From a virus (taxonomy: Duplodnaviria; Caudoviricetes): 25,747 nucleotides of DNA. Positions 1-9,415 of the stretch are shown here, piece by piece. Where the stretch lies: positions 1 through 25,747 of IMG/VR virus record IMGVR_UViG_3300017913_000448. One strand, given 5' to 3'. Below the pieces are notes generated by a model. That model saw only the letters and a list, made by a program, of their open reading frames with translations, had not been told where the DNA came from and searched no databases. Made by a program: the position numbers and the translations under genes. Position 1 is the first letter of the stretch. Every line of letters starts with the position of its first letter.

Positions 1-28
1 ACAAATCGTAAGCCGTTTGATGCGCCCA

Positions 29-463
29 TTAAATCAGTCCTTTATTCCAAATGTCATCTGCAAGGTTGTCTTGCATCTCATAAGCCTCTACTTCCCAAGG
101 CAGGTCATAATATTTAGTATCAGCCTTTACAAGTTTTCCACGCCACTTAGCACGACCACTAGTAGTCAATTCATCAGTCATCTCTTTACGAGCATACTGC
201 TTTACATGAACCATTTCATGGCAGACAGTAGTGACAATATCTTTGACGCTCATACCCTTCTGAACTTCAATCTCAAACTGACGATTAGTGTCACCCATTA
301 AGCAATAGCCGACAGCATCATCTTTGATATTTTTGATTTTGATTTCTAGGTCTAGGGTGCGGTATCTAGGTAGCAAAGTTTTCAGACAGTAATCTACAGT
401 CTTCTGCACAATGATTTTTTCGGCTTTTGTGCCACCTTTGATTTCGATATAGTTCATAAACAC
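29..463 (-). CDS. Zincin-like metallopeptidase-domain protein (HExxH)
   Basis: 144 aa ORF; CHEMVHVKQY motif and downstream PWEVEAY typical of phage zincin/SprT-like proteins; GAGG RBS and own sigma70-type promoter upstream. Confidence 0.7.
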   Translation of the reverse strand: MFMNYIEIKGGTKAEKIIVQKTVDYCLKTLLPRYRTLDLEIKIKNIKDDAVGYCLMGDTNRQFEIEVQKGMSVKDIVTTVCHEMVHVKQYARKEMTDELTTSGRAKWRGKLVKADTKYYDLPWEVEAYEMQDNLADDIWNKGLI

Positions 464-480
464 CTCTCAATTACACAGTA

Positions 481-508
481 ATTATAGCACAAAATAGGTG
501 CTTGTCAA
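481..508 (-). promoter_or_regulatory. Sigma70-type (early) promoter TTGACA-16-TATAAT with extended -10 TG
   Basis: Minus strand reads TTGACAAGCACCTATTTTGTGCTATAAT, with an A-tract upstream. Confidence 0.8.
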
Positions 509-520
509 GGGTTTTTTTAC

Positions 521-558
521 AAAAAAAAGAGGCTACTGCCTCTCGACAATAGCCTCTT
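521..558 (-). terminator. Intrinsic terminator
   Basis: Minus strand GAGGCTATTGTC-GAGA-GGCAGTAGCCTC followed by T8 (GNRA loop). Confidence 0.85.
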
Positions 559-740
559 CAGGCGTTCTTGGATGAGGAGGATGAATCCCCTACATACGAC
601 TTCATGCGCCGCGACCTCCGTTTCCTCATGCGTTGATACCTGCTAAAGTATACCGCACTCTTACCTTACTAAGACCCAAGTTAGCAGTTGGTCTTATTTT
701 CACCCACGCCTGTATTCTTCGCCCACGCATACTATTGTAA
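559..740 (-). ncRNA. Putative structured late non-coding RNA with kissing-loop pseudoknot
   Basis: No ORF in the supplied track; lies between a TATAAATA promoter and a terminator; closing helix CAGGCGTGGGTGA/TCATCC-aaga-ACGCCTG, three internal stems, complementary loops CTGCTAA/TTAGCAG. Confidence 0.65.
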
Positions 741-743
741 TAA

Positions 744-751
744 TATTTATA
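744..751 (-). promoter_or_regulatory. T4-type late promoter (gp55-dependent) TATAAATA
   Basis: Exact TATAAATA on the minus strand, intergenic, just after the stop at 765. Confidence 0.75.
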
Positions 752-764
752 AGGCTTTTTGGCT

Positions 765-1079
765 CTAATCACCGATTAGAGTGATTTTTTTTAGGTTTAA
801 TTTGCTTATCATATCTGCTAGATATGGTATCAATGGGTCGGTGTAACCCATCTGCCAATTACCTATCGCCCTATGAATTCTGCCAATCAATGCCACCATT
901 TCAAGTGAAGATTTATCTGACATATCAAAGTGTGCTTGGTTTATAAGAGCAATGTTCTGAACAATCGTATCATAAACATATTGGTCAAGATACGCTTTAT
1001 CATCAAACTCTTTTATAGTATCTTCGATTTCTCTACCTTCTGCTGTTCTCTCAAAAGGAAAGTCTACAACATTGCTCAT
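765..1079 (-). CDS. Hypothetical protein
   Basis: 104 aa ORF with GGAGG RBS; N-terminal MSNVVDFP is common in phage proteins. Confidence 0.75.
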   Translation of the reverse strand: MSNVVDFPFERTAEGREIEDTIKEFDDKAYLDQYVYDTIVQNIALINQAHFDMSDKSSLEMVALIGRIHRAIGNWQMGYTDPLIPYLADMISKLNLKKITLIGD

Positions 1080-1087
1080 GTTACCTC

Positions 1088-1648
1088 CTACAAGTAGTGT
1101 AAATATCCACCTACTATGTATTTGGTCCCAGATTTAGGCATCATACCAGCATGTGGGTATGTCCACATTGGTGGGAACATTAGTAGTCTACCACGCTTTG
1201 GTTGAATGCCTTGTTCGATATCATGGAAGTAAGTTTCGCCACCTTCTTCAACATCATTTAGATACCAGAAGAAAACAAGATATCGTCTTGCAGATGCATA
1301 GTCTTGCACATCAACGTGATATGAAAACTCATCTTTACCGTTCGCTTCATAACGCTTCATACGAAATTCTTCGAATCCACTGTTTGCTTGCCACTGACCT
1401 TCTTGAATATCACAATCATTAACATACTGTTGAATTGACTGTTGTGCTTGTTTTTGCATCAGTTGAAACTCTTCACGGAATTCAGGATTTCGTGCAAGAT
1501 TGATTTCAGTAAAGTGACGCACACCTTCTAAGTCTGTAGATACTTGTTTATCTTTTAGCATCTCAAACTTGTCAATCAAGTTATCACAGAATGCACCATC
1601 AAGGGCGTCATCATATACTTTGATATATTTCACATATGGATTTTTCAT
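1088..1648 (-). CDS. 2OG-Fe(II) oxygenase, prolyl-4-hydroxylase-like
   Basis: HxD (YHVD), YLNDVEEGGET, distal H (YPHAG) and K; family common in marine T4-like phages. Confidence 0.88.
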   Translation of the reverse strand: MKNPYVKYIKVYDDALDGAFCDNLIDKFEMLKDKQVSTDLEGVRHFTEINLARNPEFREEFQLMQKQAQQSIQQYVNDCDIQEGQWQANSGFEEFRMKRYEANGKDEFSYHVDVQDYASARRYLVFFWYLNDVEEGGETYFHDIEQGIQPKRGRLLMFPPMWTYPHAGMMPKSGTKYIVGGYLHYL

Positions 1649-1851
1649 TTTTCTTCATACTTCCTGTCTAAATCAACTGCACCCGACTTCAGAATAAAAT
1701 CAGGAGTTCTACCTTCAAATGCACCACCGTATTTCAAGTGATTGTAAAACTTTCTTGCCGTCTGCTTACTTTTAGATTTACCTAACGGGTATCCTCTTTC
1801 GTACACGGTCCAAACACCGCTTGTGTCTTGTAGTTTATATTGCCCAGTCAT
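1645..1851 (-). CDS. Small hypothetical protein (start revised to MTGQYKL)
   Basis: The 5' part of track ORF 1645-1968 overlaps gp41; ATG at 1851 gives 68 aa with a GGAFEGRTPDF motif; 4-nt overlap with the next gene. Confidence 0.6.
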   Translation of the reverse strand: MTGQYKLQDTSGVWTVYERGYPLGKSKSKQTARKFYNHLKYGGAFEGRTPDFILKSGAVDLDRKYEEK

Positions 1852-3241
1852 CAGCCTTAACCTTCCTTTCACTTGCGAGACCATTACCAAAACTAGATTT
1901 GTCAAAAGCAGGTGTATCTGGTTGACCACTATCCACGATATCATCTTGTGCCTCCTGTTCGCAATCATATAGTCTCATTTTTGCTCTATCGATACCAACA
2001 ACAAATCTACGATTAGAGCCGGGGTCATTATAGCGATTTTTGAGTTGTTTCACCATAATCTGATTAAGTTCTTCCATCTCTTCAGTAGAGATTAACGCAA
2101 ACATTAAGTCGGCTGTGGCTGGAAGACCAAAGGATTCTGAGGTGTCTTCAAGACCAACATCAGTGTTCGAATAACCACTTCGTGTTGTCTGGGTTGCTGA
2201 TACAATCGGTAGATTAAACTCAACAGCAAGACCACGAATTTCTTCAGCAATCGACTTAACAATAGTATACGAATTCGCTTGTGTGTTTTTCACACGACTA
2301 GACGCACAGATATTCAAATAGTCAATATAGATGATATCTGGTTTGAAATTCTTCTTCAGATTTAGTTCATTTAGCAAATGACGAAAGTGACCTGCATGAA
2401 CACTAGCAGTCGGATATTCTTTGACAATCAACTTACCTTCGAACTTGTTCTTAATTCTGTTTACTTTCTTATCGAAAGTGTTCTTATCAATTTCTGGCAA
2501 CTGTGCAATAGGTACATCAAGTAAGTTCGCATCGATACGTTCTGCAATTTTCTCTTCTGCCATCTCAAGTGTTATGTACAGGACATTCTTACCTTGAGCA
2601 AGATTTGCCGCCGCACAGTGACACATGAATAGAGACTTACCAACGCCTGTACCTGCAAGTGCAATGTTCAATGATTTACGAGATAGACCACCTTTAGTAA
2701 TCTTGTTGAAATACTCAAGGTCAAAAGGTATCTTCTCTTCAACACGTTTGTAGAATTCAAATCGCTCATCGGTGTTATCAAGGTAATCGTGACCGATGTG
2801 TTGGTCAAAGTTCACACCCAAAGCATCAGACAGTAGTTTAGGAATTGCACCCTTGTCATTCTGCTTGTCACGCCCTTCCATGATACCAATAGATGACATA
2901 ATAGCATTGAAAATGGCACGTTCTTGACACCATTTTTCTGTGCTATCAAGCAACCATGTCACATTAGCATCTTCCATGTCTTTGAAAGATGCAATCATTT
3001 CAGAAGCCTCTGAGAAGATTTCTTCTGTAATGTCTTTGCGATTGTTTAGTTCAACAAGAATTGCTTCTTTTGTAGGTAAGGTATTATGCTTGTCTACAAA
3101 GTTAAACACCTCACGATAAACTTCACGCTCGGTTGCGTTTTCAAAATATTCGGGTTTTACAAACGGAAGTGTCTTCCTAGAAAAGTCTTCGTTAGTTAAG
3201 AGACTTTTCAGTAGGAGGTGTTCCAAGCGAGACGATACCAT
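1835..3241 (-). CDS. 41: Replicative DNA helicase (T4 gp41, DnaB family)
   Basis: Walker A AGTGVGKS, YITLEM, IYIDYLNI, SATQTTRSG, KQLKNRY; start taken at MVSSRLE (track start 3262). Confidence 0.95.
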   Translation of the reverse strand: MVSSRLEHLLLKSLLTNEDFSRKTLPFVKPEYFENATEREVYREVFNFVDKHNTLPTKEAILVELNNRKDITEEIFSEASEMIASFKDMEDANVTWLLDSTEKWCQERAIFNAIMSSIGIMEGRDKQNDKGAIPKLLSDALGVNFDQHIGHDYLDNTDERFEFYKRVEEKIPFDLEYFNKITKGGLSRKSLNIALAGTGVGKSLFMCHCAAANLAQGKNVLYITLEMAEEKIAERIDANLLDVPIAQLPEIDKNTFDKKVNRIKNKFEGKLIVKEYPTASVHAGHFRHLLNELNLKKNFKPDIIYIDYLNICASSRVKNTQANSYTIVKSIAEEIRGLAVEFNLPIVSATQTTRSGYSNTDVGLEDTSESFGLPATADLMFALISTEEMEELNQIMVKQLKNRYNDPGSNRRFVVGIDRAKMRLYDCEQEAQDDIVDSGQPDTPAFDKSSFGNGLASERKVKADDWAI

Positions 3242-3551
3242 CTTTATGTTTTTCCTTTTCACTTAAATCATTTTCGAGAATGTGTAGTAGAATATCACCG
3301 ACTAAACTCTCAAGTTCTTCTTTGTCAGTTTCATCTAATTGTTGGTCTGCAACATTCTTAGGTACCGTTACTATATCATACTCATAGCGAAATGTCAAGG
3401 TGCCATCTGGGTTTTCACTTTCACCAAACTGCACTCTACCATAACGGTAAGTGACTTCATCAAACTTCTCTGTATTTTTGAGTTTGATATGATATTCGTC
3501 ACCTACTGCATTCGGTACCATATCATAATAGGTTTCAATATTATCCCTCAT
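3192..3551 (-). CDS. Hypothetical protein at the gp40 position (between uvsX and 41)
   Basis: Start revised to MRDNIET (ATG 3551), 119 aa; synteny only, homology to gp40 not established. Confidence 0.65.
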   Translation of the reverse strand: MRDNIETYYDMVPNAVGDEYHIKLKNTEKFDEVTYRYGRVQFGESENPDGTLTFRYEYDIVTVPKNVADQQLDETDKEELESLVGDILLHILENDLSEKEKHKDGIVSLGTPPTEKSLN

Positions 3552-4614
3552 TGACTTCAATCTCCTCTTCAAGTTCTGCTTCTGCATCCTCAAGTGAGAC
3601 TGAACCATATAGGAAGTTTGCCTTTACATACTTTTCAAGTTCATTCAGAACTTCTTCAGTAAAGAACTGTTCTGGGTTCTCATTGATTGTCTTACCAAAC
3701 TGCTTTGCGCCATCAGGCAATTCATATCGTGTAGAAACCTTTTTGAATACACCTGCATCTTCTGCAAGTTGTAGAAGACCATAGTAACGTGACAAGCCTT
3801 TGCTGTATGTTACAAGTGTCTCTACTTTCATATTCTCTTTTGTCAAACGTGATTTATGGTTCAGAACTTTGATGATGTTACCAACAATCTCTGTACCATC
3901 TTTTTCTTTCTTCTTTGACAAGAATAGAATATTTGATGCGGCATACTTCAGACCTGCACCGCCACCCATTTCTTTTGTCGGAACATATGCACCAACAACT
4001 TCATAAGTGTGATTAGTCACAAGCATTGGAATTTTTGCACGACCAAGTTTCAGTGTCAGTGTACGAAAGATACCACGGATTTTAGGTGCCCGTGTCATAT
4101 CACGCTTTTCTGAACCACTTTCAGTATCAGCCATCTCTTTGTTTGTTGAAAGCATACCCAAACTATCAAGCACTAACATTAGTGGCTTTCTATCGGCTGG
4201 GTCTTGCTCAAGGTATTTGTCTGCAACTTTAACTGCTTGAGTACCAAACTCTTCTACAGTTGCTACAGGTGCCATTGCGACACGCTTCGGGTCAATACCT
4301 CGTTCTTCAATAATCTTTTTAGTTAGTGCGGATTCACTCTCAAAGAAAATCACACCACCTTCTGGGTTGTCTTTTAGAAACTGTCTTACTGCCCCAAGAA
4401 TGAAGAAAGTTTTACCTGTCGCACTCTCACCAGCAAACGCTGTAATTTTGTTATTAGGAATTCCACCAAAGAGGCTTCCTGATACAAGAGCATTAAGAAC
4501 ATAACTACCAGTATCAATATATCCATCTACTTCTCCTGCTACAATGCCACCATCAACGGTACCAGCATATTCATTGCCTGTCGCTTTGACAAGACCATTT
4601 AGAAAATCACTCAT
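3541..4614 (-). CDS. uvsX: RecA-like recombinase UvsX
   Basis: [11 protein letters not shown], Walker [33 protein letters not shown]; GAGGAG RBS before ATG 4614. Confidence 0.95.
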   Translation of the reverse strand: MSDFLNGLVKATGNEYAGTVDGGIVAGEVDGYIDTGSYVLNALVSGSLFGGIPNNKITAFAGESATGKTFFILGAVRQFLKDNPEGGVIFFESESALTKKIIEERGIDPKRVAMAPVATVEEFGTQAVKVADKYLEQDPADRKPLMLVLDSLGMLSTNKEMADTESGSEKRDMTRAPKIRGIFRTLTLKLGRAKIPMLVTNHTYEVVGAYVPTKEMGGGAGLKYAASNILFLSKKKEKDGTEIVGNIIKVLNHKSRLTKENMKVETLVTYSKGLSRYYGLLQLAEDAGVFKKVSTRYELPDGAKQFGKTINENPEQFFTEEVLNELEKYVKANFLYGSVSLEDAEAELEEEIEVNEG

Positions 4615-4647
4615 TTTCACTCCTCACGTTTGTAAAGTATTCTAAAC

Positions 4648-4676
4648 ATAATACTATATTTCATAGCAAATGTCAA
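4648..4676 (-). promoter_or_regulatory. Sigma70-type promoter TTGACA-17-TATTAT upstream of uvsX
   Basis: Minus strand TTGACATTTGCTATGAAATATAGTATTAT with upstream A-tract. Confidence 0.75.
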
Positions 4677-4688
4677 GTATTTTTTTCA

Positions 4689-5909
4689 TTAAATATCAGA
4701 TGTGTACCCTTTTAATTTACCATCGTTGAATTTGAACTCATCTTTCTCTTTGTCATATTCAACGTCAGTTGTGTCAATTTCTACTTCTTTGAAGTTGGTT
4801 TTGACACGCACTTCTGAGGGCTTATATTCTGATTTCTTTTTCTTCGGTTTTGAACTATGTGTTACAGTCTTATTTTGCCTCTTCTTCTTTTGAACAAAAG
4901 TGTATTGTGATGCAATCAAAAGCAAAACTGCTAATGGGTCGAACACAAATATCAACGCAAGAATAACAATGCGTACAGCATTGTCCAACATTCCTTCAGC
5001 ATCAGAACCATAGATTAGTTCAGCGATATATTTAACAGGACCAAACTCTGCTTCAAGTTTTCTGTATTCAGTCTCTAACTCAAATTTTTCTTCTTCAAGA
5101 ACTGCTATTCTTTCAGATGCTTTTGCGATTGCTTCTCTGTCAACTGTGACTGTTCCAATCTCTTTCTGCAATCTACTGTTTGCGGAAGCAAGCGGAGAAA
5201 TCTCATCGTTTTGCAACTGACGCAATCTTCTAATCTCACCCCTGGCATCCTGCACAGTTCGTTGGGATGCGGTTGTCTCCCGTTCTCTGAATTCGTCAAC
5301 TGCCCTAGCAGTCCCAGGACCATACCTACCATCTGCCTTTACTCCAACTAATACTTGTAACGCTTCGATATTATTGTCTCTAATAAAGCCTTCAAGTAGT
5401 TCTAAGTTACCTCTTGATTGAGAAATTACTTCGTTCTGTTCTTCGACTAGTGCGTCATAACGAATATTGATTTGCTCAATCTGTTTCTCATTCTGTACAA
5501 TTTGTGCATTTTGTTGCTCATTTTGTACATTAGCAACATTCTCAAGTTCTGAAATTTTCTGTTCTTGACTTTCAATCTGTTCATTAATACGAACAATTAC
5601 ACTTGCATTTTGTTCAGCATCAGCCGTTTGTTGAATGTGTGCTTTTGATAGAAAACCAAAAATTCCCATACTAGTTATTAGCATGAGAACCACGACTGAA
5701 ATCGTTAAATATGTTTTAAGCCACCAAGTTGCTTTTTCCCAATATCGATGCAACCAAACAGTTGTTGTTAGTTTACCGATTTCGAGTACAGTACCCATTA
5801 CTGCCACAGGTAGAACCGCGGCAGAAAAGATTGTAACTAGACCTATAATTGAGTAGTATGCGGCGACCGCTGAAATCGATAGAGCAACCGCAAGTATTAG
5901 CCAAGCCAT
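4689..5909 (-). CDS. Membrane protein with long coiled coil and internal peptidoglycan-binding-like motif
   Basis: About 3 N-terminal hydrophobic helices, Q/E-rich coiled coil, LQVLVGVKADGRYGPGT, C-terminal TM IFVFDPLAVLLLIA, basic tail. Confidence 0.75.
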   Translation of the reverse strand: MAWLILAVALSISAVAAYYSIIGLVTIFSAAVLPVAVMGTVLEIGKLTTTVWLHRYWEKATWWLKTYLTISVVVLMLITSMGIFGFLSKAHIQQTADAEQNASVIVRINEQIESQEQKISELENVANVQNEQQNAQIVQNEKQIEQINIRYDALVEEQNEVISQSRGNLELLEGFIRDNNIEALQVLVGVKADGRYGPGTARAVDEFRERETTASQRTVQDARGEIRRLRQLQNDEISPLASANSRLQKEIGTVTVDREAIAKASERIAVLEEEKFELETEYRKLEAEFGPVKYIAELIYGSDAEGMLDNAVRIVILALIFVFDPLAVLLLIASQYTFVQKKKRQNKTVTHSSKPKKKKSEYKPSEVRVKTNFKEVEIDTTDVEYDKEKDEFKFNDGKLKGYTSDI

Positions 5910-5910
5910 T

Positions 5911-6306
5911 CTATCCCCTAGTTAACTCAAGTAGTTTGTCAATTTGTAACTTCACTGCTTCTTCACGGTTCGCCCATCGAATGTATTCTTTGTCAGAACT
6001 CTTCAATAGATTAACCAAAAGTGGCATCATTAACTTTTCTACTTTCTCAAGTTTTTCTTTAACTTCATCTTCAACAATACGCTTACGTTCTTCAATCTCT
6101 TGTGACTGACCAGCAATCGCATCTAGTAACATTTCAATCTTACCTTCTAGGCGACTTACACCTTCACTTGTTGATGAAAGTGATGTTGCGACTTCTTCAG
6201 AAATAGCAGAAGTCTCTTCTCTATCCACAGGGTCATCGACTGCACTAAAACCAAAATCGTGTGTGCTATCTAGGTATTCCTGTGGGATTCCATCTGTTCT
6301 ACTCAT
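5911..6306 (-). CDS. Hypothetical coiled-coil protein
   Basis: 131 aa ORF coupled to the gp43 stop; DFGFSAVD and KEYIRW motifs resemble a conserved T4-like hypothetical. Confidence 0.75.
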   Translation of the reverse strand: MSRTDGIPQEYLDSTHDFGFSAVDDPVDREETSAISEEVATSLSSTSEGVSRLEGKIEMLLDAIAGQSQEIEERKRIVEDEVKEKLEKVEKLMMPLLVNLLKSSDKEYIRWANREEAVKLQIDKLLELTRG

Positions 6307-8834
6307 ATGAATAAATCCTCCAGTGATGCCTTTTGTTCAGCCGACCATCCGATGACTTTTAGAATTGCATCTAGTGGCTCAACAAAAGATTTTGCGAACT
6401 GTTCGTCCTTATTCACATATTTAGTTAACTCAAACTCATCTGGTAGTGTGCCATCTGAGGGGAATGAAATACACCCGACAGTAGATGGGTTTGGCTCACG
6501 CAAATACAAGAACTTGATTTTGTCACCTTCATTGACGGCTTGATACTTACGACCTAGATTGTTGTCTTTGAGTAACTTGTTATAGACGATAGCACCTTTG
6601 ACATGCATAGGTGTACCTTTGATATACACCTGTGAACTATCAGAATACTTTTTGACACCGTTACAACCTCGTGGGAATGCAATGTCCCACACAGGCAAGG
6701 AATCAAACTCACTCTTAAAATCAGATACATATTTCTGTACAGTCTTCTCATCTGCGACCATGATAAGTTCAAGTGCTTCTTTAATTCGGTCACGACAAAC
6801 TGTAGGGGTCGATGACTTCACAGCCTCGATACCTGACATTTTCAGTTTTGCTTTTTCGTATCGAACACCTTCGTTATCCCAGATGTTTAGAATGTAGCGT
6901 TTCTTTGCGGTCCAGATTGCTTTTTCTGCAATCGCTTCACGCTTCATTTGCATCTTCTGGGCGTATGCGTTTACATAGTCGGCAAGGCTTTGATAACTTT
7001 TATCAATAAAAGGTTCAATTTTCTTTTCAGCCACTCGGTTGAGGAAGTCCACTTTCCGCCCGACACTCTCACTCTGCGATAGACCTGTTCCCTCTTCAAA
7101 CACGCTATTAACCAATTTGTCGAACACAATGTATATTGAATCCGTATCTGACGCCAAAACATAATCTTCTCCTTCCGTTTTCAAAAGATTATTGAAATAT
7201 TTATTGATGTCATTCGCAATCCAGCGAATACTAAACTGACCACCATATGTAATGGCTTCAGCCATTCTCAAATCATAGAAACGAAAGTATTGATTACCCA
7301 ACGCACCATAAGCACTGTTCAACTGAACTTTCTTTGCTAACTGAGTATTGTTATATGCAGAAGCCAGACGTTTATGTTCTGCTTTCTCTGCACCTGTTGT
7401 CTTCTCTGCTTTGTTCAACTCTTCAAGCATGAGTTTCTTATATTTCTTACGGTCGTCATACATGCGTTGCATCATTTCAGCAAGGAAACCTTGCTTGTCA
7501 GTTCTGAATAAAGAACCATTTGGTGCAACTGTCATGTTTGCAGACTTCAAACTTGACAAGTCATATTTCTTTTCAAGTAAACCTTCAACGTCAACTGGCA
7601 TTGTCTGACCATCAACCAATGTCTCTGGTGAGATATTGTATTGCATAATCAGGTGAGGATATAGACTGTTCAAGTCAAAAGACATAACCCAGTTGTGCAT
7701 ACCGACAATCGGGTCTTTCACATACGCACCAGCATAACGTGCAGACTTATCTGACTTACGCTTTGGTGGTAGAACCAGTTTCTTCTTCTTAAACTCATTA
7801 AAGATTAGTGTATCCCACATACGCACTTGAGCATATACGTCTTGGTAGTTAACCTTAGCGTCATATGCAAGAGACACAGCCATCTCAATCAACTTCATCT
7901 TGTCTTCAAGTCGGTCAACAAGGTCAACGTCTTTCACGTTATATTCGATAAACTTTTGATAGTCTTGTTGATACAATTTGTGTAGTGAACCAAACTCTGA
8001 ATAGTCTAGTTTACCTGTACCCAACTCATAGTTTGAGATGTAATCAAGTCGATAACTTTCATGGTTTGATACTGGTGCAAACTTACGATACAGTTCATAA
8101 TAATCAAGTGTACTGATACCGAGTAAGTCATAAACAATTTGTTCACGACCACCTGCATTTGTTCTGCGTTCACCAACCATACCCCAAGGTGACAACTTTC
8201 GTGTCATCTTCTCACCGACAATCTTGTTGCATCGATTAACGAGGTATGGAATATCAAAGAATTGAATGTTCCAACCAGTGATAATGTCTGGCTGAATTTC
8301 ATCCCACAAATCAAGGAACCGCATGAGCAAGTCTGCTTCATCACGGCAGTGAATCCAGTTTACATCGTCTTGGTGTGGAGTATAATCACCATAACCGAGA
8401 ACGTGATAAACGCCTTGTGATTTGATAGTGATTGAGATTACAGGCTCTAGTGCAGTATCGGGTTGTGGGAAACCATTATCAGAGCCAGTCTCAATATCGA
8501 AATTTGCTGTAACAAGTTTCGACATATCATAATCAACACGCTCTGGATATTCGTCTGCAACGTAACAGTATTGATAGTTTGTGTTGCCGTAAATCTCAAA
8601 GCCAGCAACATCTTCATACTGTTTCATAAACTGCCGTGCGTCATTGATACTGCCTTGTTCGACAGGTGAAACGTCACGACCATCTAGTGTTTTGAATTCT
8701 GTTTTCTTTGAACCGTTCGTAGGGACAAAGAGTGTAGGTTTGTATGGGATACGCAGATTGCGTCTTGCACCATTATCATACTCACGGACCAGAATGTTGT
8801 TTCCAATCATTGCAACATTCGTATAAAATCTCAT
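6303..8834 (-). CDS. 43: Family B DNA polymerase (T4 gp43)
   Basis: ExoI FDIET, ExoII GWNIQFFDIPY, DLNSLYP, KVQLNSAYG, SDTDS, KKRY. Confidence 0.97.
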   Translation of the reverse strand: MRFYTNVAMIGNNILVREYDNGARRNLRIPYKPTLFVPTNGSKKTEFKTLDGRDVSPVEQGSINDARQFMKQYEDVAGFEIYGNTNYQYCYVADEYPERVDYDMSKLVTANFDIETGSDNGFPQPDTALEPVISITIKSQGVYHVLGYGDYTPHQDDVNWIHCRDEADLLMRFLDLWDEIQPDIITGWNIQFFDIPYLVNRCNKIVGEKMTRKLSPWGMVGERRTNAGGREQIVYDLLGISTLDYYELYRKFAPVSNHESYRLDYISNYELGTGKLDYSEFGSLHKLYQQDYQKFIEYNVKDVDLVDRLEDKMKLIEMAVSLAYDAKVNYQDVYAQVRMWDTLIFNEFKKKKLVLPPKRKSDKSARYAGAYVKDPIVGMHNWVMSFDLNSLYPHLIMQYNISPETLVDGQTMPVDVEGLLEKKYDLSSLKSANMTVAPNGSLFRTDKQGFLAEMMQRMYDDRKKYKKLMLEELNKAEKTTGAEKAEHKRLASAYNNTQLAKKVQLNSAYGALGNQYFRFYDLRMAEAITYGGQFSIRWIANDINKYFNNLLKTEGEDYVLASDTDSIYIVFDKLVNSVFEEGTGLSQSESVGRKVDFLNRVAEKKIEPFIDKSYQSLADYVNAYAQKMQMKREAIAEKAIWTAKKRYILNIWDNEGVRYEKAKLKMSGIEAVKSSTPTVCRDRIKEALELIMVADEKTVQKYVSDFKSEFDSLPVWDIAFPRGCNGVKKYSDSSQVYIKGTPMHVKGAIVYNKLLKDNNLGRKYQAVNEGDKIKFLYLREPNPSTVGCISFPSDGTLPDEFELTKYVNKDEQFAKSFVEPLDAILKVIGWSAEQKASLEDLFI

Positions 8835-9118
8835 CTATCAACCACCTCAACAATTAAGCCATCATGCTCTGGACCGAGTATGATTTGGCAACTTAGACGA
8901 CTATTATATCGTACATCTTGCTCTAAGTCAAGGGTGTATTTTGAGAAATCGTCTAACTCAATTTCGTGTTCTGAGAGAATGCGAACATGACAAGTTCCGC
9001 AAACACAGTTACCACCACAGTCACCGAAGAGATTTGGAATTGCATCCATGAGGGTCTCTCCGATTTCTGCGGTGATATCTGAAATAATCCCGTTCGGGTA
9101 TTTTACACGAATATTCAT
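8831..9118 (-). CDS. 2Fe-2S ferredoxin, adrenodoxin/ISC type (auxiliary metabolic gene)
   Basis: CGGNCVCGTCHV and SRLSCQI (Cx5Cx2C...C pattern). Confidence 0.88.
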   Translation of the reverse strand: MNIRVKYPNGIISDITAEIGETLMDAIPNLFGDCGGNCVCGTCHVRILSEHEIELDDFSKYTLDLEQDVRYNSRLSCQIILGPEHDGLIVEVVDR

Positions 9119-9138
9119 ACTAAAAACTAACCGTTCGG

Positions 9139-9414
9139 TTATACGATGATTTTTTTCTTAGGTGGCGTCATTACTCCGCCATAGACTTTTTTGTAGTCGT
9201 TCAGAAGTTGTTCTTTTGCTTCAGTGATAAACATAATGTGATTATCTTTGAACTCAATTTTATCATAATCAGCATAAGGCATAAACTCCATAATCCCTAG
9301 ATTACCTTGCCCCTGTGGTATGATAATACAAACATCTTCAAATGTGGTTTCACTAATTTGTTTTGCAAGTAGTTCTTCACCTGTGCTTAGACGCACCAAT
9401 TTTATATCAGCCAT
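9139..9414 (-). CDS. Small conserved T4-like hypothetical protein (possible Sm-like fold)
   Basis: Start revised to MADIKLVRLSTGEELL (ATG 9414), 91 aa; ends TPPKKKIIV. Confidence 0.7.
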   Translation of the reverse strand: MADIKLVRLSTGEELLAKQISETTFEDVCIIIPQGQGNLGIMEFMPYADYDKIEFKDNHIMFITEAKEQLLNDYKKVYGGVMTPPKKKIIV

Positions 9415-9415
9415 A

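Noticed and set aside
1-29. Possible start of a further minus-strand gene (MGASNGLRF) coupled by TAATG
   Set aside because: Only 9 codons in the window; cannot be supported
559-740. tRNA, tmRNA or RNase P identity for the ncRNA
   Set aside because: No T-loop GTTCGA or CCA end; GAGGAAAC only superficially resembles RNase P GAGGAAAGUCC
1088-1648. 2OG-Fe(II) oxygenase as a TET/JBP-type base hydroxylase
   Set aside because: Motifs match the prolyl-4-hydroxylase-like family, and it lies about 16 kb from the methyltransferase
6303-8834. Intein, intron or split in gp43 (also checked gp41, gp46 and uvsX)
   Set aside because: Continuous ORFs of normal length with no intein or homing endonuclease motifs
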